Shown piece by piece: positions 35,701 to 46,945 of a stretch of DNA of 64,000 bases. The notes below the pieces were generated by a model. The model made no database searches. It worked only from the letters and a program-made list of their open reading frames with translations, and was not told the origin of the DNA. The position numbers and the translations under genes were made by a program. Each line of letters opens with the position of its first letter. Within the stretch, counting starts at the first letter, position 1. This DNA is from Sphyrna mokarran (lineage: Eukaryota): the NCBI GenBank assembly GCA_024679065.1, contig JAGIQG010000004.1, positions 90,396,001-90,460,000 of the forward strand. Direction: 5' to 3'.

Positions 35701-36675
35701 CTACTTTGATACTTATCTGAAGCTGCCATTGTGAAGGCAAAGGAAACAAGTGAGCAATTGTGTGAATCTTCAGCAGATTCAGTTACCCTGAACAAGCCAC
35801 ATGTGATAATGGGCCACAGTTCATTTTGTATGAGTTTACACACTACAGAATTCAACACATCTGATCCCACCACAAATGGGGTCACATCACATTTTGTACA
35901 GGCGATGGAACATTTGTTGAAGGTAACTAAAAAACAAGCTTCAATATCTACGTATTTGAGCCAATTTTTGCTCACTTTCTGAGTACTGCACACTCAATAA
36001 CCCAAGTTTCTCCCGCATTACTAGTGGTTAGATATCAGCTACACACAGCATTCAATTTGCTTAACTCTCCCAAGACAAAGAACATTTTTAAGAAAAGCGG
36101 CAGATTCAGATCATACAGCTAGAGAACACATCAAAGCGTCATGTTTTTTCCCACCAGGGTCAAAAGATTCTAGCAAGGAACTATACCACAAAAGTAAAGT
36201 GGATGCCTGCCACCATCTTATCACAGACAGGATCAGTCTCCTACATTATGCAAACCTGAGATGATGTATTATGAAGGAGACATGCAGATCAACTTTTGAC
36301 AGGAAAACCAATTTGCCAAAGACAGAACAGACATTTAGTCCACATCAGTGTGTATTTAAATATGACCTGCACCTTCCTGAGAGCTTGACACCAACCGAAC
36401 CAAGCGGGGGAGATAGGACCTCAGTTGAAAATCTGACACTGAGTCAAATTCAAAATCAAAGAATCCAATTATGACAAGCATGGGTGACATCCAATCCAAG
36501 GCAAAGACTCCAGAGTTTTTATTAAACACTAAGGAGCAAATTCCTGAGGTTTGCCAACGGCCACACGTAGAGTGATGGCCTCTGAAATATCTGACCTATT
36601 GATTGTTGAGTTCATTGATTGTTAATGTTATACTGTTACTGTGTCAGGGACCTTTGATTTAAAGGGGGAATGAAA
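32720..36675 (+). mobile_element. Decayed Ty3/Gypsy LTR retrotransposon internal region (gag-PR-RT-RNaseH-IN)
   Basis: Zinc knuckle relic SCGKKGHIEHA (~33155). Protease EIDTTASVS (~33402). RT motifs PVMKKDGSVCICGDL, KIDLSQAYLQ, RLPFG and CYLDDTLVTG (~34415). RNase H AFGSRTLNKAEINYAQIEKEALGIIF (ORF 34914-35141). Integrase GCLLWGMRVII and WVHVDYTG. Domain order is Gypsy-type. PPT AAAGGGGGAA at 36661. Many stops and frameshifts. Confidence 0.92.
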
Positions 36676-36870
36676 TGTTGTGTAGTCATGGTATTTGTAG
36701 GGTTTCCTCATTAGTAGCCTTGCTGTGAAACAGGAACACATTGGGGGAACGATGTCATTGACCATTTGCGTAGGCAAGCAGGCAGTATAATACAGCAGTG
36801 TGGAGTGTTAGCATCTAAATAAGGCTCTTTGTTTGTTTGAACCTTTAAGGCCAGCGGACTTAATTTTAAA
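36676..36870 (+). mobile_element. Probable 3' LTR of the Gypsy element
   Basis: TGTTGTGTAG starts a few bases after the polypurine tract. The right boundary is uncertain and no matching 5' LTR was recognised. Confidence 0.5.
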
Positions 36871-36992
36871 ATCATCACAAATTTCAGGGATTCTACTCCT
36901 ATCAACTCAGGTTAACAAATCAAAAGATCATAATGAAGTTTTCTTTCCATCTGTTTGGAACATTTACCTTTGTTGTCATAAAAATATTGGAA

Positions 36993-37240
36993 ATTTTTTT
37001 ATTCATTCATGGGAAATGGGCATTGCTGGCTGGTCAGCATTTAATGCCCATCCCTAGTTGCCTGAGGACAGTTGAGAGTCAACCACATTGCTGTGGCTCT
37101 GGAGTCATATATAAGCCAGATCAGGTAAGGAGGACACTAGTGGACCAGATGATATTTTCCAACAATCAACAATCCTTTCAAAGTCATCAGTCGATTCTTA
37201 ATTCCAGATATTTTTTATTGAATTCGGATTCCACCAAATG
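36993..37240 (-). mobile_element. tRNA-SINE (same family as 61205-61557), lacking its head
   Basis: Revcomp of GCCCATCCCTAGTTGCC...GTCAACCACATTGCTGTGGCTCTGGAGTCA...TTCTTAATTCCAGAT matches 61300-61550. Confidence 0.8.
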
Positions 37241-39305
37241 AAAGAAAAGAGCTTTTCGACTGGTGGAGGTGGTTAGAAGAAAGAGGTCATGTGATTATTA
37301 GGATCATTAAGAGGTCATTAGGAAAAATGTCTAATGAGATTTGGCACCCAAGCTGGCTATGTGAGTAGGATTGTTCAGCAGAGGATCTGAGCTCAGGCCT
37401 CACAATCCTTTTAAAACTTTAAGGATAAAATTCCTGTGGGTTTGGTTCTTAGTCAGATAGAATGGTATAATAGCCCCTGTAAAATTTTTCACACCTTTGT
37501 TTGCACAGCTTAGTGTACTGTTTTTACAAAAGGTAGCAAAATTTGAAACTATCTATTGTTGACATGGCTGTATGATAGCACTGGCATTCAGATGGTCAAT
37601 CTGTGCCCATTGTGTGACTTTTTTTAATATTCGAAATGTCACTCAAAGGCTAGGCAACATGGAAAGATAAGGCCTGCTAGAGGCAGAAATTCTACCTAAT
37701 GCTATGTGCTCTGCTTGCAAAATAAGATTAATATTTTTAGAATGAAAACAAGTACTACTGTTTGCTTTGGAGATTGAGGTTAAATTAAGAATGGTTACAA
37801 ATGGCCCATTCTTCTTTTAAAATTAATGGTTGAAACCTGAGCAATAGTGGCCTGGTCCCACTACAAATGTGGTCTGCTTTTAATTAATCAGGCAGCTGGT
37901 GGCCATTCTGGGTGGTCACAGATTAGAAACAAAGTTCAATTCTTCTCTTCCATTCTTAGTTCATGTACTTAACAGTAAAAGGGTGGCTTGTTTTTGGAGC
38001 TCAGGAGCTTGCCTTTATATGCAGGTGCAGCTTCATTTCAAAATATTTCTCCTTACAGTCAGCATTCCTCAGTTGATTCTTGCCAGATGTTATTCAGATA
38101 TAGAACTGTGCTACAGCTGAAACAATCACATTCTTGTAATGCACGGGAAGAGAACACATCTTTAATGGAGCTTTTCTCCCAGGCAAGACTTTTGGTGCTA
38201 TCATTGTTTTTAAGTAACCTGTCAAAGTCTACCACGTGAAATGAGAGGTTAACTCTTGGCTATTTTGATATTGAGATCAGTCTGTATGAATGAAATTTGA
38301 CTTGAGTAGTATTGCGAAATGGGAGTGAAGTACCTTTAGCCCAATGTACGGTTTAGCAGATCTAGTTAAGCATTGAGAGGAAAAGAACCCAAGAGGGAGA
38401 GTGGAGTAAGCTGCTCATTTGCTGTCACTCCACTTGCTGTTACCAATGGCTCCCACATGTCTTGTTTCAATCTTCAAACACTAAGCATATACCACCCTGG
38501 GACTGAAGATTGACGATCTTCAAATTTGTCCTACAGGAAACTACAAGCCACATTTTGCCATTCCTGGTAAGGCATATTGTAGCTTCCATTTGAAATGTTA
38601 TTACAACATTTTTAAATTTGGCTCCAGACTACTTTAGTGTTGAACTATTACACAATTACCAATGTAGATCAAAGTCTATCCATTGATTTCCTGCATCAGC
38701 ATAAAGTGACAATAGTACCAGTAAATTTGATAAATATTGCTTCTAGTTTTTTTTAACAAAATGTTTCTGTTTCTGTCCTATTTTATGTTCTGTTATCAGA
38801 CAATCAGTGGTGGCCAGGTTTCTGGTGAATTTCTTTGAAAGTTGATGTCCCATTCCTTCTGTCTGTCTCTATCTCTCTGTTGTAGAGAGGAAACAGTGAA
38901 GCATTTACTTACAGGCCTTTGCTAGTAGAGCTGGCAGTGTTGTGAAAGCTGTAGTAGTAGGCTGGTGGGGTCATGACTTTTTATTTAATTCTCCTTGAAG
39001 AAGAGATAGCCTGCTGCACTTGTTTTCTATCTGCAGAATGTAGCGTAGCTCTGATGAAATAGAGGGAAAAGTTTATGAATCTTAATAAAAATCATATTGA
39101 AGCATAAACTGAGCAAAATAGGTGGAATAATAAATAAAGCCTGGCATTCAGCCCAAGATATTAATGTCATAAATAGTGGTAAGAGTCCACTATGATGGTT
39201 GCAACTGTATCCTTTTATCCTTCCATCCACACAATGCAAAACAATTAATTTTTATACCAAACAACATTAGAACATTAAACCTCAAAGTGAATTGCTCCTC
39301 AAAGT

Positions 39306-39462
39306 AACAGTAAGCGGTTTCACAACACCAGGTTAAAGTCCAACAGGTTTATTTGGTGGAACTAGCTTTTGGAACGCTGCTCCTTTATCAGGTGATGAAA
39401 GAGCGGTGCTGTAAAAACTAGTGAGACTGTTTACTGTGCCTATCCCAGAACAACGCCACATC
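39306..39462. mobile_element. Mini-palindromic Penelope pLTR fragment
   Basis: CACAACACCAGGTTAAAGTCCAACAGGTTTATTTGGT is the revcomp of 25807-25843. Overlapping decayed hammerhead motifs occur on both strands around 39361-39423. Confidence 0.8.
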
Positions 39463-39800
39463 CTCAGTAAAAGAGCATAAACAGTAACCTGTTTAAAAAG
39501 GCACCATCATAAAGTTGCCAGGCTGGTGAGCTCAGTCACCCCGTTGATTAAACAAACAGCAACCAGAAGCTGCTCCCATCAACCAGACAACCGGCAGAAC
39601 CGAGAAGCAATAGGCACATTAAACCATCAAATCAAATTGCTGCTTTTTTCACCAATCTGGAACCCAACCAGTGGATGTGACAGAACGATAGTGATGGTGG
39701 TGTAGTGATAATGTTACTAGACTTATACTTAGTTGTTCTGTCCAGTACTTTAATAACACAGGTTCAAATCCCATAGTTGCTGATGGAATTTCAATTTTTT

Positions 39801-40111
39801 GGGGGGCACAGTGGCACAGTGGTTAGCATTGCTGCCTTACAGCACCAGGGACCCTGGTTCAGTTCCAGCCTCAGATCACTGGCTGTATGGAATTTGCACG
39901 TTCTCCCTGTGTCTGCGTTGGTTTCCTTCTGGTTCTCCGTTTTCCTCCAACACTCCAAAAATGTGCAGGTTAGGTTAATTGGCCATGCTAATAATCAGGA
40001 GATTAGCAGAATAAAATATATGGGGTTACGGGAACAGAGCCTGGGTGGAATTGTGGTTTATGCAGACTCAATGGGCTGTTTAGCCTCCTTCTGCACTGTA
40101 GAGATTCTGTA
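39801..40111 (+). mobile_element. HE1 SINE
   Basis: GGGCACAGTGGCACAGTGGTTAGCATTGCTGCCTTACAGCACCAGGGACC, V-core, and tail CCTTCTGCACTGTAGAGATTCTGT. Confidence 0.88.
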
Positions 40112-41149
40112 TTGTTCTTCAGTCTCTCCAGTGTATACAGCAAAAACATTTCCAACACACCAAAACCATTAAAAACACATTCAAAACATTGCTGAAGAAG
40201 ATCAACATTTCTCCTACATGGATCTTCTCTTTCTGAGCTTAGAGTTGGAAATTTCACCTGGACATTGGTGATTTGCACACACATGATCAAATTAATGCTC
40301 TGTATTGAACATTACTGCATCCTATTCAGATTCATATTGTACACAGTCGCATCCATGCAACTGAAATGCATGGGTAGCTTCCTGATAGTTTGAGATGCTG
40401 GAGAATCATTTTGAACGGACATTCCAGAGCTTTAATGGTAAAACTTATCTTGGGATCATTCCACCTGCTTTGGATATAATACTCCTGCTTCTTGGAAGAG
40501 ATTTAAAACATGCTGCAACGAATGAAGGAAGATAACTTGTTCTAAGTTGCAATGTCAATGCCTTCTCTGGCAAATAGCCCGATTTATCCATTTTATGTGA
40601 ACTATAATTTAAGATGACAGATTGAATTGAATTAACCTCAGCTCCTGCTGCTACGTGCTAAGCAGAGATTTAACCAAATTTTATTTATTTTTATTGAATG
40701 TATTGAATATTTTGTACGATAGCTGTGAAATAAGGAATGTTGATCTTTTTTTGAATACTTTGCTTCAGTCTATTGGGATTTACAAGTGTTTACACCTACA
40801 CATTGCCCTCACTAGCAAAGGCATTCTCTTTGTTAGTACCAGCCAAGTCCACAGAAGAATATATAAAGCAAAAGGGTTTCTATTTTCTAGCACTGGAGAA
40901 TGCTAAGTAAGAGACCAGTGGCAAAATAAGGAAGGCTCCAAAGATGAACTCCATTGTGGTAAAAAATGGTTTGCTTATATGGTCCTCGAATCTTCGAAAG
41001 GCCAAACAGACATTGTTGATTCGCTTCAATGCTGTCCGGTGACATCTCATGACAAGTGTGCAGGATTGAGGTAAGGATAGGTTTTGCCCTATGATTGAAT
41101 AGCCTGTTAGCAGTCACATGCTGTGTCCCTAGGAGGGGGAGGAATTGGA

Positions 41150-41510
41150 TCATAATCCAGTCTCTTCAGGTGGAGCCTGTACAGGATCCAGTGTCATCAG
41201 GGGAGGAACCTGGCTATGGTTCAGTGTCATCGAGGGAGGGACCTGGGCCATGGTCCAGTGTCTCCAGTGAGGGGCCTGGCCATGGTCCAGTGTCTCCAGT
41301 GAGGGGCCTGGCCATGGTCCAGTGTCTTCATGTGAGGGGCTTGAGTTTTATCCAATGTCTCCATGGAAGGGACCCATGTTCAATACAATGACTTCAGGTG
41401 AGAAGCATGGCCATGATCTAGTGTCTCCATGGGAGGAGCCTAAGCACTATCCAGTGACTTTAGGAGAGGGATCTTAGCACAGTTCGGTAGGTTCAGGAGA
41501 GGGGACTGAG
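41150..41510. repeat. Minisatellite, unit about 32 bp, roughly 11 copies
   Basis: CATGGTCCAGTGTCTCCAGTGAGGGGCCTGGC is repeated exactly at 41249 and 41281, with diverged copies on both sides. Confidence 0.9.
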
Positions 41511-42604
41511 CAGAAATCAGTACTTTCAGGAAAATGTTTTCAGGAAAGCATTCTGTGCATAGCCCAGTGCGTTCAGATGCTGGGTATTAATTCTAATGGA
41601 AAAGTAAATGATGCTCGGCCTATCACTATCACTCATTTTACATTGCTCTCCAAGAACATTTTCACCTCTAACTGTTATAACGAGAGATAGTACAAAGTCA
41701 TTTGGAATGTGTTGCTTCATTTGAAATTTTACAGATTGAAATATACTTGTCAGTTTCAAGTTGAAGCTCCAAGCTTACGAGTGTTCTTCATTTGAAGTGA
41801 TTTGTGATGAATGAACATGTTGCTATGTCATTTGAATGCATTATTAAATAGATGTATTTTACAGTACATAAAATGTATCCTGAAGACTGAGCACATAAGA
41901 ATGATATATTTGACCAGTTGTTAGCTCCAAGAATCTCTTGCTATTCCAATTGTAGTTGCCAAGGTCGTACTATAAGTAATTCTGGCAGGCCTGCCTAATT
42001 TAGTCATCTTGCTTTTTTTTAACGTGGCTGCTCGTCGAACAAGGAAATTGCCATTTTTAAATTAAATGTATGTTATAACAATTTCTGCACTCTATATTGT
42101 ACATTATGCTAACACAGTGAGTCATATACATTGGTGCTGTTCACGAAGAGGGAAAACTGCATATTCATACTGTGCAATAGATGAGCCAGATTTTGTTGGG
42201 TTGGGTAGGACTCTGTGAACCTTTCCAAATGGTGGCTGGCATGCCATTGCAGAAATTCTACCTCCATTTCCACCAGATCTAATTTTTGCCATTGGGGTAA
42301 AGGGGAAGGAGCTTGAATCATTCAGGAGAGAATCTGAATTTGGTGCTGAGTTTAAACTGGCCCCATCATGGCTTTTGCATGTATAACAAATGGATGGGGT
42401 AGACACAAATTCTTTTGAGGAAGGATAAGGTCTACATTGATGAAGTTTTTAATTACCAGACTCTTTGATTGACATGCTTAGGTTAGGTAAAATTTATTAG
42501 TATCTTTTGGTCAACTTTCATTGGAGTGCTCTTTTTCACTATCAAGTGTGTTGGAGTAAAAGCTGTATTAGTTTGGAGAAAGTTAATTTCTTTTCATTAA
42601 GACA

Positions 42605-43400
42605 TGGAATCTAATTTTCCTACCTCTTCAGTCGATGTCAATTTGAATGGAATATCAGCCAAACATTTAGGTTCCTGATTGGCGTGAGGGTTCTCAGGAT
42701 TCACCCAATCTTACTCGTCCCACCAGCTCTGATGAGGTTCTCATTCAGAGTGGGCAGATCCACTCATCTGATGGTCATTAGTGAGTTTGACAGGCGATCC
42801 ACAAACTTCCTTCCATTCATCTGGCCCACCAATAAGAACAGCACCTGCTGTTCAGCTATCCACAAGCGGGGATGTGGCCCACTGAATCCTGAGAGTTCAG
42901 GGGAGTGCCATCAACTTCACAGAAAGAGGGACACCCTCCCTTTACCACTCAAATCATGGATCACACCCCCTCCATACCTTGTGCAGGTATGACACAATCC
43001 AACCCTTTCCAGCTCCCTCTTCCTCCTCAGACACACAACAAAGCCCCACCCCACTCCACTCAGCTTCTTTCCAGGCCAAGCACATTGTGCTTGGCCAGGG
43101 TGACAGTGCTCCTGGCACTGACACCCTGGCCTGGTGCATTAGGCCCCGAGGGATCTTGAGGAGGTAGGTCCAATGATCATTTGCTCCTCTGCTGAGGAGG
43201 GTGATGGGTAAATGAGAGAGTTGACAAAAAGGAGGGTGGATAAGGGGAAAGATTGAATGAGCGGGGGGGATGGGCAAGGGGGGTGGATGAGGGGCAGGAT
43301 GGGTGCGCAGGTGGGTTGGCGGTGGGAGGATCAGTAAATGGGAGGGTAGCTAAGCAGTGTGTGATGGGGAGGTTATGAAGTTAAATAGCTTTGCTTACCA
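42605..43400. mobile_element. Degraded Harbinger-like non-autonomous element
   Basis: GC-rich block with a C-rich then G-rich interior and CAGTGC...GGCACTG motifs like the MITEs at 3824 and 30094. TIRs not clearly resolved. Confidence 0.4.
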
Positions 43401-44279
43401 ATAGGTGTCTCTTAGCTTCATTTTTGTTGGAGAAAGTTTCATTGATTTGATCAATATCAGAGTTTATTTAACAATAAGTGGAGGCCCTAAGGCACATACG
43501 GTTGTACAGGGCACAGTTGAAAAGTTGCTCTTTTGAGGTACTATTTATCAGCTGTATAACTGTAGAGTAGCTGCCTTTGTTCATTCCAGCCTTTAGATTC
43601 CAATCAGTGCCAAAGCCTTTTATAATGTTTGTGTCATTTTACAATCTACTGGTGAAGTGTCAAACCATTACTGGCAAAATAATAGATCAGTTCATTCAGT
43701 GGGGCCATGGAAAATAATCCAGCTGAACCCTTGGCAGCATGCATCGAATCTGCCCAGTGATTTTACGCATCATCTAGATTATCCTTGCATAATGTTTGTT
43801 TAATCTAAAGATCAAAGAACTAATTGCCATTCCTTGCTCTGTCTGATTTAATCACTCAGTAGGGCAGTGAGAACGTTGAGCCAAACAATGCATCTTAAAT
43901 ATGTTTCAATTAAGCTGGGTTGATACCAAGCTATCAATCTGATATTAAAAATGTACCTTGATGCTAATATTCGTACTTTGTACTTAAGTATTATATTTCT
44001 TATTCTGATGAGAATGAAGAGAATGTAGTTTTGTCAGCTCAAATAAATGGGAATGAAGTGGAAGAGAGGTCCTCACCTTCAACAACAAAACCTCTTCCAA
44101 TGTGCTGGGTACGTCAGAGAATCTTGAGCACAGATTGTATTGATTGTGTACAAACACCAGCTTCATCACAAAAGACGAGCAAACAAATGTAAACATCGTT
44201 GACTCCGATACAATTGTCCAGAGTTGGATTTATCAGATATATCCTGGAACTTGATTAAAGTTTACCAACCTGAGATATT

Positions 44280-44489
44280 GGGCAGGATTTTCCAGCCTTT
44301 CCCGTCAACGGGATCTTCTGTTCCCACCAAAAGCAACCCTGCCCCTGAGGCAGACTCGCCAGCAGTGGGACAGGTGAGCCACGTAAAACACCATAGACAT
44401 TGGCGGGACTGGAAGGCAATGTCAACGGCCAATGGCGAAATGCTTCTGCTGTCGGAAAACATTCTGTGGGGAGCGAAAGACTCCTGCCT
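44280..44489. mobile_element. 210-bp Harbinger-like MITE
   Basis: TIRs GGGCAGGATTTTCC and revcomp AGGCAGGAGTCTTT. 3-bp TSD ATT at 44277-44279 and 44490-44492. Confidence 0.8.
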
Positions 44490-45032
44490 ATTATCTCTGT
44501 TTCTCTCCCTAAATGGGTGCTGCCTATCCTGCCTATGAGTATTTTCCAGCATTTTATAATTTTAGGCCAACTAGACATGTTCAGAACACTAGGATGGTCT
44601 GACAGGGTTGCAGGGCTACTGAACGCAACAGAACATTTTTTTTAAGGGTGGAACCACACGTCGTTACAGAATACGTTGAATTCAGAGTAATGGAGTTCCA
44701 CTCTCCTTATACTCAAGCATACTGTTGTTCCTTTAAAGGAGCAGTGTTGCCATGGTAATGATATCTTCCTTTTTCCCATAGGAGGAAATTGATGCAATCA
44801 TTAATACATGAATGTAATGGCTCTGCTATCATACGATGCTGTGGGTTTATTGTTACATAAAATCCTATGGAACAAATTCCTAAACTGCTGTGAATTTAGT
44901 ATTTATTCCAAAACTAGTGTGCTGAGACAAAAATGATTGTGACAATTAGAAAATCAGGACAATGGTGTGCTAGTTTTATAAATGATCTTTCTTTGGTGTA
45001 AATTAATCAAGTCCACACTTTCAGATTCTTAT

Positions 45033-45333
45033 AGAATCATAGAACCACTGCAGTGCTGAAGGAAGCCATTTGGTCCATCAAGCCTGCACTGACAATAATC
45101 TCACCAAGATCCTATCCCCACATATTTGCCCTTGCCACCTCTGCTAACAGTTTAGCAAGGTCAATCTACCTAACCCGTACATCTTTGGACTGTGGGAAAA
45201 AACTGGAGCACCCAGAGGAAACCATTATAGACAGGAGGAAATCACACAAGCTCCACACAGATAGCGTCCCAAGCCTGGAGTTGAACCCAAGTCTCTGTGC
45301 TGTGAAGCAGCAGTGCTAACCACTATGCCACTA
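45033..45333 (-). mobile_element. HE1 SINE
   Basis: Tail revcomp AGAATCATAGAACCACTGCAGTGC and head revcomp GCTGTGAAGCAGCAGTGCTAACCACTATGCCAC. Confidence 0.85.
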
Positions 45334-45817
45334 TGGATTCTAATGAATCTTTCTACAAGCTTTGGTGAGTCATGAGTAAAAAGCAGCACTTAATACCAAG
45401 CTGATGAGATTCTTCCTCCTCTTTACTAAGCTGTTCCGGGGCCAAGCTCTGCAAGTACCTGGTACTTGGCAATATCTCATCTAACCACACATTTTTCATG
45501 GTTATTATTATTTGTGGAAAGGAGTACCATTGCTGAGCTTGAACCTACTCCCCCCAAGGTCTAGATAGTGATTGGAGCAATTCCTATTCCTACTCTGGAT
45601 GCAATCAACTAAATCTGTGCGAGATTAAAGCGGGGACCCGGCAGATTGCTTGGTCCACTGATATGCTGACTTTTGCTGTCAAACTATCAAACAAGCTGAT
45701 GTTTAAATTCTCAGAGCAAAAACATTCTGGAAAAGTTTGCACACAGGTATTTAATGCAGAAGTACTATATTCTTTAGCTCACTATTCTTAATCCATTTGC
45801 TAATGCCTGTGTAATAA

Positions 45818-46030
45818 AAGCAAATTACTACAGATGTTGGAATTTGAAACAAAACGAGACAATGCAGAAAAATCTCAGCAGGTCTGGCAGATATTCCTAG
45901 TGGAAAGTATCTCTCATTTTCTATGCCTTTTAGCTTTGACAAAGGGTTATCTGGACTTGAAACTTCAGCACTTTTCTCTCCTGAAAGATGCTGCCAGACC
46001 TGCTGACATTTTTGAGCATTTTCTTTTTTA
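45818..46030. mobile_element. Mini-palindromic Penelope-like insertion (second family)
   Basis: AATGCAGAAAAATCTCAGCAGGTCTGGCAG (45861) is inverted against CTGCCAGACCTGCTGACATTTTTGAGCATT (45991). Decayed hammerhead-like TTTGACAAAGGGTTATCTGGACTTGAAAC. TSD GCCTGTGTAATAA at 45805-45817 and 46031-46043. Confidence 0.75.
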
Positions 46031-46469
46031 GCCTGTGTAATAATATGTGCACAGGAATGCACTCTGAGCATGTTAATCACCAGTGAATTTTACCAATTAG
46101 AATTTCAACCCTACAGTTATGACCTGCATTTGTTATTCCCAGTTTTTAGTTTCCCAAGTGGAAACGATATACTTGGATAATATTATACATTCACATCGAG
46201 TGAATATTTAAATGCCAAGCTTACAGTTTAGATCCAATATCAGCATGTTACAGTAATGTGATCATCTTCACCAAGCAGAAAAATGTAAATAAATTGCCTT
46301 GACTACTGTTAATTACAGGCTGAACACACTGCTGATTTGTCTTATGTTCTGGTATGTCAAGTTCGCTGCATGTCAAAACAAGGTGAGCACTCTCTGTGTC
46401 CAATATAATTCAATATAAGCAGCCAGATCTGTCAAAGGAGCACCTTTTCGTACTCTAACGTTACCACTG

Positions 46470-46665
46470 TTTTCTTGCAAGTTGACAGAATCAAACAGTA
46501 TAAGAGACCCCATTCACTTCATCATTCTTGGGCTGGCTTTTTGAAAAAGCTATGTAAAAAAATGTTCTACTCTTCTCTCAGGTTCTTTTGCTAATTATCC
46601 AGCATTTGTGTCCTCTGATTACCAAACTTCCTACAGGCAGAAACAGTTTCTTCCTACTTACTTAA
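46470..46665 (-). mobile_element. Old CR1 fragment
   Basis: AGAATCAAACAGTATAAGAGACCCCATTCA is tail-like, and GAAACAGTTTCTTCCTACTTAC resembles the ORF2 3' region. Confidence 0.45.
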
Positions 46666-46669
46666 TCAT

Positions 46670-46945
46670 GGGGCAGCACAGTGGCACAGTGGTTAGCACT
46701 GCTGTCTCCCAGTGCTAAGATTCAGGTTTGATTTTTACCTTGGGTGACTGTGTGGAGTTTGAACATTCTCCCTGTGTCTCCCAGGTTTTCTCCAGGTGCT
46801 CCAGTTTCCTCCTACAGTCCAAAGATGTACTGGTTAGGTGCACTGGCCATGCTAAATTCTCCCTCACTGTACCCGAACAAACACCAGCATATGGAAATTA
46901 GGGAGTTTTCACAATAACTTCATGATTATGTGAATGCAAGCCTTT
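46670..46945 (+). mobile_element. V-SINE with alternative tail
   Basis: GGGCAGCACAGTGGCACAGTGGTTAGCACTGCTG, V-core, then GTACCCGAACA...TTTTCACAATAACTTCAT as in 16023 and 8282. Confidence 0.85.

Noticed and set aside
41150-41510. CRISPR-like regular repeats
   Set aside because: Units are head-to-tail with no unique spacers, there are no cas genes, and the DNA is vertebrate. It is a minisatellite.
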